The notes beneath the pieces are model-generated. The model was not told the origin of the DNA. It did no database searches and saw only the letters and a program-made list of their open reading frames with translations. Positions 23,871-37,666 of a stretch of 64,000 bases of DNA are shown piece after piece; position 1 is the first letter of the stretch, and each line of letters opens with the position of its first letter. The translations under genes and the position numbers were made by a program. Source of the stretch: Tricharina praecox (lineage: Eukaryota); the NCBI RefSeq assembly GCF_024521635.1, contig NW_026250434.1:310001-374000 (forward strand), read 5' to 3'.

Positions 23871-26800
23871 TTCTTTCCTTCCTTTCTTCCTTCCTTCCTT
23901 TTCCCCTTCTTTCCCTCCCACCCACCCGCCATGACGACGCGGATTCCTCGCCAGGAACGTCCATCGATGTTTTGTTTCGAAACAGGGGGCGGGGGGCGGG
24001 GGGCGGGGGGCGGGGGGTGGGGGTTGGGGGTTGGAGGGGCAAGGGGAAATTGGAAGTTGCTGCTGCTGCTGCTGCGACTACATGTGTGGCTGGGGAGGGG
24101 GAGGGGGACGGTCTGCAGCTGGCCATCGGTGTGGATGGATGTGTGGGGTGGGGGGGGAGGGGGGGAATTTTTCTCCTAGAAAAATCGAAGGAAGGGAAGG
24201 AAAGGAAGGAAGGAAGGAAAGAACCTTCTCTCGTCTCTCGGGTGGACTTCGGTGCAGAACCGAAATGCTGGCCAGCCCAACCGGCAATCAGAAATACGGT
24301 ACCCTGCTACTACCGTGGTATGTAGACTGGTAGTAGTGGGTGGACACCTCATAGGTTCTACTTACTCTGCATAGAGTACGGTAGAGTACTCTATTCAAGC
24401 TATGTACCGGCAGAAAGTCGAGGAGAGTTGAGGAGACTCGAGTCCAGTCGAATCGGCTCGTTTGGTTGCGAATTGCGGGTTGCTTGCGGGTTGCTTGCTG
24501 GATGCTGGTTATCATACTTCCTGGTTGCTACATAGTTGCCTCCTAGTTGCTTCCTGGTTGCTGGATGCTGGACCGTGCATGCCATGCACGCCTGCAGTGC
24601 AGAAAAGAAACCTCAACTCTGTCCGTCGTCCGTCGTCCGTCGTGCACCACCACCAGCACCACCACCACCGCCGCCGCCGCCGCCGCCGTACTAGGTATAC
24701 ACATCACACATCACGCACGCACGCACTACCAAACTGCATATCGCAAGTTCGCAACGGCCTTCGGTCTTTGGAACTTTTACCCGGACCGGTGGCCTCTGCT
24801 CTAGTTACCACCTACCACTCACCCACTCGTCCACAGTGCACGCGGCGAGACACAGCGCGAGACACTGAGCGCGCATACTTGGTACATATTCTAGGTACAC
24901 ACGCGCATGTACATACATAGAGTACTTTACTCGTGGAGTACATTAGTTTGTTAGCCCGTCCACGGCCACGACTGCAAATACATACTGCAAATGGTACGCA
25001 CATTGTGTTGGAAGTTGGAACCGCACCGCATCGCACCGTAGTTACCGCACCGCACCGCACTGTAGAGTACCGCTGTAGAGTACCGCTGTAGAGTACCGTA
25101 CTGTACCGCCCGGTTGCCGTGTATGCTGCTGCTGGTAGTGGGCTGCTGGTAGTGGGCTGGTGGGGTGGAGGGGGCGGAGGGGCGGCGGGGGTGATGGGGG
25201 AGGGGTGATGGGGGGAAGGTGGAGGGGGAGGTGGAGTCGAGGGGCGGAGGGGAGGGGGGAGGGGGATCATCATCAATCATGTGGGTTTTATTTACTCTAC
25301 GTACCCGTTGATTTCTGGCAATAACCGTTTATCAATTCAACCTCGACCATGAGCTCGAGCTCTATGTAGGTCGATAAAGGCCTTGAGTACTCCAAGTACT
25401 ATAATGTACTCTACTCTGCCGTTATCTCGAGATACCCGACACCTCACTTCACTTCACCGCTCGAGAGTCGAAACATCCCCCCACTACTAGCAGTTCTAAC
25501 TTCCTGCCCCGCCAAAACCAACACCCAATAAAACCCCCCGAGTCCCGACGGCGAAGGTAAGGGAAAAGGAAAAAGGAAAAAAGAAAAACGCGCGCTGAGA
25601 GAGACAGAAAAAAACACCCCACGCCTCTCCGTCCGAGTCGTGAATGTTGACACCCCCCCCCCCCCCCCCCCCCCACCTTCCACACTTCGCTCGTACCCGG
25701 CGTGGCTAGTGTAAGCGAAAAAAGCAGTTGGGCTCCGACGACCGACCGACTTGACCGACGGGCGTGCGACGGGCGTGCGCCGTGCGGGACCTAAGTAGAA
25801 GCTAAAACATCTGAACCGCGTTTCTGGGTTGGTTTTGGGTAAGTCTGTGTGCTGTGATGTGCTGTGATGTGCTGTGATGTGAGCCTGTGATGTGCCGGTT
25901 TTTCCGTTTTTCTGGAGTGCAGAGGTAGTGGGTACCTAGAGTACCTAGGGTGGGCCAATTATGTGCGCTGTGCTGGCCGTACCGTATGTATGTGCCTACT
26001 GGGAGGTATGGGTATGGGTGTGTATGGCACATGATACATCCATACAGCTGTGGATAGGAAATGGATTCGAGAGGAGTTTGCTGCTGGATAATACATCTTA
26101 CTTACGTATGCATTCCATATTATGTAGGTAGATACAATCTAGAACAGATATGCATTCCGTATTGCAATCTGGAGTGTCTAAGCACCTATGGAAATATCTG
26201 CAGGTATTCAATCCATGTAGATATCTACGCCTAATATGCCTGTAGTAGAAGATGCAGCTGGATGCATATACAATGTATCTATGCAAATACACGAACCGGA
26301 CATAGTAGAGTAAACAAGCTCCTTTGCCGTACCTAGAGTACTTCAGCCTTCCCTCCATTTCCGTTTCCGCTTCCGTTTCCGCTTCCGCATCCGTTTCCGA
26401 TATCTGGGGATATCTGGGGATAGAGTGGATTGGACTCTCACTCGACCGTCCGCCGCTCCACCTCCTCCTCCTTATCTCGCAGAAGATTATTGCGGAAGAA
26501 ACTTCAGGAAGTCGGAAGGAAAAGGGCTAGATTCTAGGTGCAAAGAAAACGAAGCAAAGAAAGGGAAAAAAAGTAACTGTCCGGATGCAGAGGAGAGGAG
26601 ACGCAGAGGAGAGGAGACGCAGAGGAGACTCGAGGGGTGGGGAGGAGAGGAAGAGGAAGAAAACTGCTTCCGGTGCGTCATTGTCTGTAGGTATATAAGA
26701 CGTTTTCTGAATATAAGACGTTTTCTGTACATATTTGTACACGGGCGGGGAGAAGACGGATGGACAGATGGATGAATGGACAGACGGACAGACGGACAGA

Positions 26801-29800
26801 CGGACAGACGGACAGCGGGGTGGGAGAGGCCAGGCAAAAGGAAAAAGGAAGAAGGAAAATGAATTCTTCACGGCCTGTATGCAGATACATATACCGAACA
26901 TTGCATCTAGCATAGGCAGAGGACGTGGGTACTATACATAAATATGTAGAAACGTGGGGCCTCGTCTTCCTCTTGCCTTCTCCCGTCTTTCCTTCCTTCC
27001 TTCCTTCTTCCCTTCCTTCCCTCTTCCTTCCCTCTTCCTTTTGTTCCGCAGTGGGTGACCATGTGACCGTGACCGTGAGAGTACTTACATTATGTACTGA
27101 GTACTTGTGTACTATACACTACTATTCATACATCCCACGCGGGTGGGGGGATACCCAAGTAGGTACCTACTTCTTACTTATGTACCATATGTACCATATG
27201 CACCTCTGAAGGAAAATATGCACTGCATTCGGCCCGTTTCCGTCTGCGGTCACAGTGATGGTGCAGTGCAATGCAGTCACTGCAGTGGTCGGTCGCGTGG
27301 CTGACAGGTGGTGGGCAGGTGGTGGCAGATGGCGGGCAGGTGATCGAATGATGAAATGATGGACGGCGTGGTGGGATGCGTGGTGGATTTGTGGTGGGAT
27401 GCGTTAGGTAACGTATATACTATTATATACATACCGGGCCTCTGAGATTTGGGCCTGGGCTGGCTGGTATGCGCTGGGCCGTTGTTGATTTGCGGACTTG
27501 CAGACTTGCAGTTGCGCACGGTACCTACACAAATACGATACACACATATACACATACACGCATGTATATTTTAAAAAGTAGGTACTTACTACATACTTAC
27601 ATAGGAGGGGAAACCAAAAGGCGAGTACGGTAAGTGTAAGTATCGATGCAATGGATCGCCGGAAATGTATCCCACGCACGCGGGTCGATCGGTCGATTGT
27701 GATTTCGTGATGGACGAGGAACGAGGAACGTTGTATTTGTAGGTACCTGTACCGTAGCTCTACTATACACATCCGGGGCCGCTCGTGGATGCAAGCCCGA
27801 ATACCAAAGCTTAAAGCCCGTAACCTCGAAGCTGGCCAGGCACGACGGGCAGGACACGACGGATCCGGCGTGCGGTCAAGCTCACTGTTCACGACCATCA
27901 CTCGTACCTCACCATCCCATCCCGCCCCGTCCCGCCCATCTCAAGTCCCGTCCCGTCGTCACCGTTATTTTTACTCACTCCCCTTTACCGGCATATCCTT
28001 TTTGTGGGGAAGGAAGGAAGGGAGCACCGATCCCGCAAAATCTGCCAGCGAAATCTGCCTGCCTGCCCGCCTTCATCTGATCACTAGCATAGCATGGCAT
28101 GACATGGCATGGCAGGATGTGTGTGTCTGATGTGTGTGTGGGGGGAGGGAGGTCCACGTTACATACTCACCTACTACCGGTAGTAGATGGATTGAATGGA
28201 TTGAATTGTATTGGATTTGATTGAATGGACGACAGAGTGGATCGTTCGCATCGTTCGCATCGTCACGCTGGGTTTGGGTTGGGTTGCGGTCGCGCTGGGG
28301 TTGGGTTCAATTGGGTTCAATTGGGTTGGCCTGGGTTGCGGTTGCGGTTGGGTTGGGTTGGGTTGAGGTTAACTTATGTACTCCGCATGCTCGCAATCGA
28401 TCGATCGTGTGCTTTTTGCGGGGGCGGGTGTGGGGGGGGGGAGCCAACGGTTCGGCAGCGGTGCGGGCTGGGGACGGGGGGGACGGGGGGGGGCATGTGA
28501 TCTCCCACCTACCGTGCCTACCGTCGATACGGCGGGGTGGGTGCGGTGGGTGCGGTGGACTTTCTTTCTTTCGGTAAATAGAGAGCTGCAAAATGGGGGG
28601 GGGGTTTCCCGGATTGAGAGATTGAGAATTTGAGATCCGCCATCGCGATACTCTGCTCTACATATTCTACTCTACCTACCTACCGCCCACCAGTATTGCG
28701 AGGAAGGGGGGGGGGGGGGTGAGGGGCGGTGAGGTTAATCCCGATCAACTATTGAATCTTTTTCTGTAAAACTGAGCTATGAGGCATGGTGTATCACTCG
28801 TTTTTCTACCACCCCCCCCTCCCGCCCCGGTGCGGAAAAAATATGGTTCGCATCTTTCGTGAGGCGGTGAGTAGATGGGGAGGGGAGGGGAGGAGATGGG
28901 CAACACTGCCGTGTCGCTCCGGAGTCCGCCAACGAATCTCAACCAACCAACGAATCTCAACCAACGAACGAAACTCCCGGACGAAACGGTCACACCTACC
29001 TATAGCACACACCTACAGCACCTACTTAGTGCCCATAGTATCCATAGTACCGATAGTACCTACCATAGTACTTCATCCACCTCACCTCCCGTAGTGTGGT
29101 GGTGGTGGTGGTTGCGAGCGCGCGGTACATACTCTACATACATCTGTAGATTACCTACATTGCTTCACCGAGTCGCCTGCTCCACATCTACCACATCTAC
29201 CGGCTCTCCACGTACTCTACATATGTGCATGTATGTGTATGTACTGTGGTACCGCAATGCACCCTCATCTATCCGTCTATCCGGCAACTACTTTGTACTC
29301 GTACATAAGTACATACTGGTTGGCGATGCAGCGTAGCAGCGTGGCAGCATAGGTGGAGTATCGGTACGTGGGTATGTAGGTCTGTAGGTATCTAGGGTAT
29401 CTAGGGTATCGCGGGGAAACGGAAGTGAAAGGGAATGGAAAGCGGATGTGTGCTACAATTCGGAGAGTGTAGCCGAGATGCCGGGTGCGCGGTTGGTGGT
29501 TGCTAGCTGGTGGTCATTTGGTGTCGAGTATCGAGTGATGCGCTCATGACGCATGAGTGAGGAGTGTGTGAGGGCTGGTACGGCTGCCGGCAGGCTGGTG
29601 GCTGTGGGCGTGAGACTTAGGGCGGGGGGTATAGACAAGGCATGAGCGGACTGGCCGTAGGTAGTATGTCCCCAGTCCCGGCCTGACGCGACAGACAGCG
29701 GGTGAGAGCTGACGGACAACGGCGGCGACGGCGAAGGCGACGGGATGTTGCTTGACGTACCTAAGTCGTAGTCTACTAGTACTAGTAGTAGTAGTCGTTC

Positions 29801-30382
29801 GATGTGGTGCTGTGGTGCGAGTGCGAGCTGGGTGAGAGATTCGGGGAAGTGGATGTGGTTTGTTCGCACACTGCGTAGAGTATAGGTACCTGCCTTCCTT
29901 CGTTCCTACCTGCCCGTACTACCACCCACTGGTTCAAAACGGCGACCTATGTAGGAGGTATCTTCTACCTCCAATTCTCTACCACATACCTATACCGGTG
30001 GTAGAGTATCAACCACCGGTCACCGCGACGGCCAAACCCGAGCCTCCAAACCCGACTCCGACCCCCACTCCGACCCCCACCACACTAGACCACAGCACAC
30101 CAGACCACACCAGACCACACAATGAACCCCACGCCCATGCGGGTATGTCCGGCCGGCTGGCTGGTCGATTCTAGCGAGCCCTTCGAGAAGCTGACTGTGG
30201 CTTTTTTTTGTTCTTTCTTTGCTGGTGGGGGTTTGGCAAGATGTGGCTGAGGTTCCGCGGGGGTGGTGGGTGGTGGCTGAGGCAGGATGGTGAGTGAGTG
30301 GATGAGGCCGTTTGGGGATGACGACGAATCCGGGGAATCTGGGGAGGAGCGGGTTTATCGTTTGTTGGGAGAGACGGCCTGG

Positions 30383-30495
30383 GAAAGCAAGGAAAGCAAA
30401 GAAAGCAAAGAAAGCAAAGAAAGCAAAGAAAGCAAAGAAAGCAAAGAAAGCAAAGAAAGCAAAGAAAGCAAAGAAAGCGAAGAAAGCGAAGAAAG
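30383..30495. repeat. 9-bp minisatellite (GAAAGCAAA)n, about 12 units
   Basis: Perfect core with variant units at the ends; related 15-bp GAAAAGCAAAGGCAA repeat at about 30826-30880. Confidence 0.9.
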
Positions 30496-33400
30496 AAGAT
30501 GGAAGAAGAAAGATCCAGACAACACAGCTGTAGGTACTCTACTCTTCTCTACTCTACACTACTCTTCTCTACTCTACACTACTCTTCTCTACTCTACACT
30601 ACTCTTCTCTACTCTAGATGTACTGATGCAGGTGGGAATACATACCCAGAGTAGGTATCATGCGGATGCATACGGTACTCACCTCTTCCTATCCATATCT
30701 CTCTCTCTCTTTTCATATGGCCAACTGGCTGGCTGGTGTGTTTGTTGGGATGAAAAAAACCCCCCAGATGGACGAGCTGTCGAGACTCGAGACATCTGTG
30801 CGCTGCTTCAGGACTCAGGAGATGAGAAAAGCAAAGGCAAGAAAAGCAAAGGCAAGAAAAGCAAAGGCAAGAAAAGCAAAGGAAGCATGAGAAGCATGAG
30901 AAGCATGAGCTCAGAACCCAAAAAGAAAGGAAAGATCTCGCACACACAAACGGCCTAGTCAGGAAGGATGGAAGGAAGGACATGGAAGGAAGGAAGGAAG
31001 GACATGGAAGGAAGGATATCTATGCATAATATGTATCAGCCTCTTTGGGCGGATTGCTTTTCCTGGCGCTATTGCGGCATAGATAGGTGGATGGAATCTG
31101 GATATGTACATGGCGACAAAGCTGCCAGCGGCAGCGGCACTAGTTAGCAGTTCCCGCGGCGGGCGGCAGTTCAGCGCTGCACACTTTGGCAAACACATCT
31201 TCAGCCATAAAAGTAGAGTACTGGGCACCAATCGCATAGAGTGTACGTTTGACGCTAATCAGGCAATACATACCGTAGCATTTGCATTTCCGGAGACGAC
31301 TATTGCGACGGCGAAGGCGGCGGCGGCGGCGGTGGGGCGCGGCGGATGTGTGTGGGATGTGTGTGTGACAAGATTGGGTCGCAGAGGTGATCTTGGTAAC
31401 CTATGTTATGCAGTGATATCACTTAGGTATATCACTTGGTGGCGAAGGATGAGCGCAGGTGGTGGTGGCCGTGGATGCGGATGCGGATTCATAAGCTGTC
31501 ACTCCTCGCCAAGCGGTTGGATGATGGACTGGATCGGGGTTGCCACCGAGCTGATTCGCCATTATCTAATGGTCGCCGGCAGTTACCGCTATTGCCGCCG
31601 CCGAATGGCCCCCTTTGTGTGTGCGCGCGCTGGGCAGCAGCCGCACTCACTTGCCATTTTCTTTTCGTTCCTGTTCGTTGGGTATCTACACAGAATACGG
31701 TACTCTACAGAACGTTATCGTTTATCATGGGATCTGAAGGTTGCTTGCGGCAGTGGCATGGGCACGCCACCAACTCCCTGGGTGGACTACCTGGGTGGAC
31801 TGGTCCGCTCGACGGACGCGCTAATGCGATCCCTCCCCGTCGGTTCTCACCTCACTTGATCCCATCCTTCTCGCGCAGCAGGATGGAAGGGAAAGGAAAA
31901 GTGTTCCAGTCTGTGCGTCGGTGGTGCAGAAACTTCGATTCGAGCGCGTGAGGGAGTGGGAGGGAGGGAGGGAGGGAAGGAGGAATGGTGGAAGGAAGGA
32001 AGCGAGGAAAATTTCCGCGGTGCTCCTTGGGGATCCTTGGGGAGGAAAGGGAAAGTGTGTCTGGTGCGCAGATGCAGATGTTTGGATTCTCAGTCGCAGA
32101 CGAGGCGTTTCAAGCACTTTGAAGTTGTGTGGCCCGTCCGCCCAAACTTCTGGAGAGAGGTCATCGTGTTGAAGGCTTCATAAGCCGGGCTTTTTCGGAG
32201 CCGTTTCTCGCTGGCTTTTACCGGGCAGATCGCGAGCCGTTGCTTCGTCGAGCGTGAGAGGCAAAATGGCGGCCGGAAGATGTCAGAGACCTTCTCCAGC
32301 AGAGTGGCGTTTTCGCTCACTCCTTCTTTCCACCGATTTCCTCCATCGTATTGATTTGCTTTTTTTCTTTTCTACCCGGCGCTTTTTCTTTCTTTTCGCC
32401 TTTGCTTTCCGCCAGGTGCTCAAATAAACGTCGACTTTTGGCGCGTCGTGCTGCGTGTGAACACTGAACAATAATCGTCTCGTGGCAGTTAGCCGTGCGT
32501 CGTCATCTTCGTCCTCACCCCTTTCTTCACACTTCTGCCTGCCTAGAGTAACCTCGTTGCCTGCCTGCTTGCCTGACTGCCCGCAACCCTTACTTCAGCT
32601 ATCCCATCCTACCGCCGTTAACGCCCGCCGCCCTCCTCCTGAGCCCTTCAAATCCACCACATCCGCATCACATCCACATCCATATCCACATCCACATCCA
32701 TATCCACCTCCATCACCGTCCTCAACCTGTGTTGTGTGCGGCCCTTCATGCCACACTCACTCTAACAGATTCCGTTTCGCTTGGGCCACATAGACTGGAG
32801 TATATATCTTTGCCTGTCTTTTGCGTGTGTGCTCGATAGGCCCGCTTCGCCCGCCTCATCACGTTTCCCCGCCCGTCCCCCCCTCCCACTCCCCCCCCAC
32901 TCCATACTCATCCTCACACTTCCCCCCCCCCTCCCCCCGCACCCGCTATCAATCGGTAATCATCAAATCATATATCGAGGATCGTTGTTGGTTGGCTGCT
33001 ATTGCTACTATTACTCTGCTACCCACTCCCACTACCTACTCGCTTTGCCAGGAGTCGACAACCCCGCCTTCTCCTATTGGCGCCAGCTCTCCTTCTCCCT
33101 GAATGCACCCTACACTGCACGGCTGCTGTTCTGCACAGGTACAGCAGTAGACGGACGTACTGCGACCCACCGTGCCTCGGCCTCCCAGTCCACAACCATC
33201 TCCAAACAATTCATACTACCGACAGACGGACAGACACACTCGCAGACGGACGGACAACAGACACACCCACCGCGCCGCGTAACTTGCCGTCGCGAAACAG
33301 TCGTTGCTTGCTCCTCCTCCTTGCGAAACTCGAAACTCAGATCTCCGGTTAAACTCTTCAGCTTGGTCGCCATTCTCGCTCGCTCGCTCGCCCCCCCTCC

Positions 33401-33755
33401 CTCCCTCCCCCCAACAGGCAGCAGACACGCCCGCTGCGTGTGGACACTGACCCCGACCCCGACCCTGCCTGACCCGAGCCGACCACTTCGAGCCGACCCC
33501 CTTCGAGAGCGTCCCCCTCGATCGAAAAAAGAACCTCCCCCAAACTCCTCCTCTAACCGCTCACCACCGCCCTACGAAACCATCGTGCGAACCGGTCTCC
33601 CGCCCGCACCATCGCCACTCGCGATCTCTAAAGTGCACCACCCGAAAACGGAGCTTCAACCTCCAAATCGCGACCGGCCCTCCACCCTCGACCCTCCCCC
33701 CACCCCCCAAAAAGAAACCCCCCCCTCTCGCTCGCGCAACACAAAGTCACCTGTT

Positions 33756-36700
33756 ATGATCGCAACTTCTACAGCTAGGAATTCACGCTCTCATTCGCAT
33801 CTGACGACGACGGCTTCTTCGACCTTCGATCGCGCTAGCAGCCACGACCGCAGAAGACCCGCGAACCGCTACCAAGGAGGCGGTGGTTACAACGAATACA
33901 GTGACAGCGAAAGCGACAGCAGCAGCACCAGTTCCAACGCGCGCGACCGCTCGGGTTCGTCTGCTACAGCAGCGCAACTTCTTCGCCAGCGGAACATGAT
34001 TATGACCAGGGTCGAACGCGAACGATCAAGGATGTTTGTGCGCGCCCTCTACGACTACTCGACCGAGGACACGACGAGCTTGAGTTTTCGAGCCGGCGAT
34101 GTGATCCAGGTACTCAAGCAGCTGGACAGCGGATGGTGGGACGGGATCGTGAACGGCCAGAGGGGTTGGTTCCCGAGCAATTATTGCATCCTGGTCCCGC
34201 CGGGTGAGACGAACGGGGGCATGCTATCGGATGATAGCGACGACGGCGACGAGGATGATTCATACGACGAGTACGATGATGGCAGTCAGTCCAGCGACTC
34301 GGAACGGGGGCTGGCCTCTCCCGGTCTGCCCATGGAAGGTACGAACATCGGCAAGGATGTGTCAGGCCTCTGGGTGCCACAGGCGACTCCGCACGGTAGG
34401 TTGTATTACTTCAATCTCGAAACCGCGGAAACGCGGCAGGAGCTGCCACTCGAGGCGCCGACCTCGACGACAGAGACCGGGCCGAGGGACACCACTCGCG
34501 TCATTCCCGATCAGACCAGACCACCGCCGGAACTGCTGGCGAGAGGCTACGAAAGGGATGATCTGCGAAGCGACGATGAATCGGCGTCGGATAAGGGTGG
34601 CCGCATGGTCGTTCTGAACACCCCAACGGTTAGTTCTTCTGCGCGGCAAGGGAGAAGGAGGAGGGGGAGGGGGAAGAGTGGAATGTCGTCGCTAACGTGC
34701 ATCGATCACCAGGGTGAGGAGCGCGAACGCAGGGGAACCATTTCGACAGAACGAGTATCGGACGCTGCGACTCCGATGGGTGGTATGGATGGCGCGGTCA
34801 ATGCAGACCTTCTGCATGCGAACTCGCTCTCCGCCGTCGCGAAGAAGAAGGTCGACATCTACCTGGGTACACCGCAATTGCGCGGCGCAGCGTACGAGTT
34901 CTACAAGGACGTCGGCCCGCCGATGCCGGAAACCTGGGACGAACTCATCGACAAGACCAGCGTCTCCGTGGAACGGTTCCGACGTGTTGCGGGCACCTAT
35001 CAGCATGCGAAATACTCGAAGCGGGCCGAAGAGATCGCCGATTGGCTGTGCCTCGTGATCGCGAGTGGATCGGGAACTACGGACACACACTCGGTGCAGC
35101 CTTCGGTGATTGCGCGGAAGAAGGAGTTGATGCCGCACTTCCGACACTTCATGGCCGCATTCTCCAAACTCATCCTGTCATCTTCCGTCGCATCTACGGA
35201 CTGCGGTCCTTCCGATACCGAGACCAAATGCCTGACGGAGGCCGACGAGGTTTTGGTCGGACTCTTTGGCTATGTCGATGTCGCGAAGGAGATCACCGAG
35301 GGAAAACTGCCGCGGATCAAGCCGGGATTCATCAAGGGAAGTACTCTGGCGGAGGGGTGGAAGCCGGCAGCGAGAGCGCTCACCTCACCCGAAACCCCCG
35401 GCAGCCCCAAGTCGCCGCACACCCCGGTCGAGCAGTCCCCGGTCGGAAACAAGCCCGGTCATCTCGATTCCGCGCTCGTGGAGGCGATGGAGAAACTGGA
35501 TGGTATCATCAGGCCTGCCGTGGTGAAGCTTGAGGCTTCGCTGTCCTGCAAGATGGACGTGGTTACGACCGCGCAACAGCAGGAAATCGGCACGAAGGTT
35601 GTTCTGGCGGCGCAGAAGGTATTCGAAGCGATGCGGAAGTACTTCATCTTGCTCAACGGCGTCAACATGTTGCCGCAGGCCGCGTCGAGTCCCACCCTTG
35701 TGGATTTCGAGATTCAGAAGCAGCGACTGCGGGACTCGTACGGAGAACTCGCTGCGGCTTGCATGAACGTGACGGCGCCTCTGGCAGACGAGTGGACGGT
35801 CAGACGAGGGGAGACATTGGAGGAAAGGCTGAATGGCATCCGACAATGCATCAGGGATTTCGAGGGTGGAATACGATCGCTGAACTTCACCACGCAGCTG
35901 CTGGTTGGCGAGCTGGAAACCCAGAGTGCTAAAACGACCGACGACTTGCGCTGGAACCAGCCAAGCGACCTGTCCCCCCGATCTCGACACACGCGGGTGG
36001 GATCGCGACAACTCTCTGCGCCGCGAGCCTCGGTCGTGGGTCAAAACGGCCAGTCCAAGGTTTCGAGGTTGCTCGGTGAACAGCCCGTACGGCCGGAACC
36101 TCAGGCGACTCGGGAAGGGCAGAAGTACCTGCAGCGCGATCACGACAACGAGATCATCTACGGAGCCAAGGGCCATGTCAAGGGTGGAACACTCTCGGCT
36201 CTGGTCGAGTGTTTGACCCGTCACGACACGCTGGATTCGGGCTTCAACACGACATTCCTCCTCACGTACCCTTCGTTCACCAATTCGTCGGAATTGTTCA
36301 CCGAGCTGGCTAAGCGGTTCACTATGCAGCCGCCGGCTGGCATCCAGGGAGACGATTACGATTTCTGGGTTGAGAAGAAGCAGAGATTGGTTCGGATGAG
36401 AGTGCTCAGTATCTTGAAGGTGTGGCTGGAGTCGAATTGGATGGAGGCTGTCGACAACGAGTCTAAGCAGGTGCTCAAGTCAATGCACACCTTCGCCAAG
36501 GATGTCATGCTGCCCGTTCTGCCCGGTACCAGCCAGGTCTTGTTGCTCATCGAGACACGCCTGCGCGGCCAAGAGCCGGAGAACAAGCGCATGATTCTGA
36601 CCATGTCCTCGCAACCGCCTCTGCCGATCCTCCCCCGAAACATGAAGAGACTCAAGTTTCTGGACGTCGATCAGCTCGAGTTTGCGCGCCAGCTGACGAT

Positions 36701-37666
36701 CATCGAGGCGAGATCATACAGCAAGCTGAGGGTTGTGGAATGTCTGAGCAAGGGATGGAGCAAGTCACCACAGCCGGGTGCAAAGGACCCTGCAGAGAAC
36801 ATCAGATCCATCATCATGCAGTCGAACCAACTGACCAATTGGGTGGCGGAGATGATCCTCACCCAGACGGAAGCGAGAAAGCGCGTTGTCGTCATCAAGC
36901 ATTTCATTGGTGTGGCGGAGGTAAACCGACACCCGTGATCACTCGAGAGTATAGGGTTGCAGTTGCTAATTGCGGGGGTGGTGATGCATAGAAATGTCGT
37001 CTACTGAACAACTTTTCGACACTCACTGCCATTTTGGCGGCGTTGCAGACCGCGTCGATTCATCGCCTGAAACGTACATGGGAGCATGTGCCGGCGAAGT
37101 CGCAGATCACCCTGGAAGGACTCAACAGGCTCATGGGTGCCACCATGAACTTTGCCGAGTATCGTGAGATGCTGCACATAGTCAACCCGCCCTGTGTTCC
37201 TTTCCTTGGTATATCTCCCGTTTCCTGATGCATGGTGGCAAATTTACTAATTCCGTCAAAGGTGTTTACCTGAAGGATCTTACCTTCGTTGCGGACGGCA
37301 ACGAGGACTTCATCAAGGGGACCGAGCTCATCAACTTTGGCAAGCGTGTCAAGGCGGCGAACATCATCTCTGAGATCCAGCAATACCAAGCGGTGCCGTA
37401 CCCGCTGACGACAGTTCCGGAGCTGCAAGACTACATCATATCGAGCATGCAGCAAGCACGCGACGTCAACGAGATGTACACGGTGTCACTGTCTCTCGAA
37501 CCGAGAGAGAGGGAAGATGAGAAGATTGCAAGGTAGACCGCCGCGATGCCTCCTCCTCCTCCTCCTACTACCTACCTACCTACCTACCTACCTACCTACC
37601 TACATGAGAATGCCTCTCTGACGGCCCGTCGTCTGCAGGTTGCTTACGGAATCCGGGTTCCTGTGA
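33756..37666 (+). CDS. CDC25: Ras guanine-nucleotide exchange factor, Cdc25 type (SH3, WW-like, REM, RasGEF)
   Basis: First in-frame ATG at 33756. SH3 FVRALYDY...SLSFRAGDVIQVL..LDSGWWDG..NGQRGWFPSNY; REM VKGGTLSALVECLTRHD; GEF LEFARQLT..SNQLTNWVAEMIL..LNNFS..PPCVPFLGVYLKDLTF..LINFGKR; ends LLTESGFL*. Introns 34629-34712, 36921-36991, 37209-37261, 37533-37638. Start codon uncertain. Confidence 0.95.

Noticed and set aside
23573..24325. 250-aa ORF with repeated hydrophobic units
   Set aside because: Produced by the 13-bp minisatellite and G-runs
30287..30958. 223-aa ORF with (ESK)n and (KSKGK)n repeats
   Set aside because: Frame kept open by 9- and 15-bp tandem repeats and TACTC runs; no coding signature
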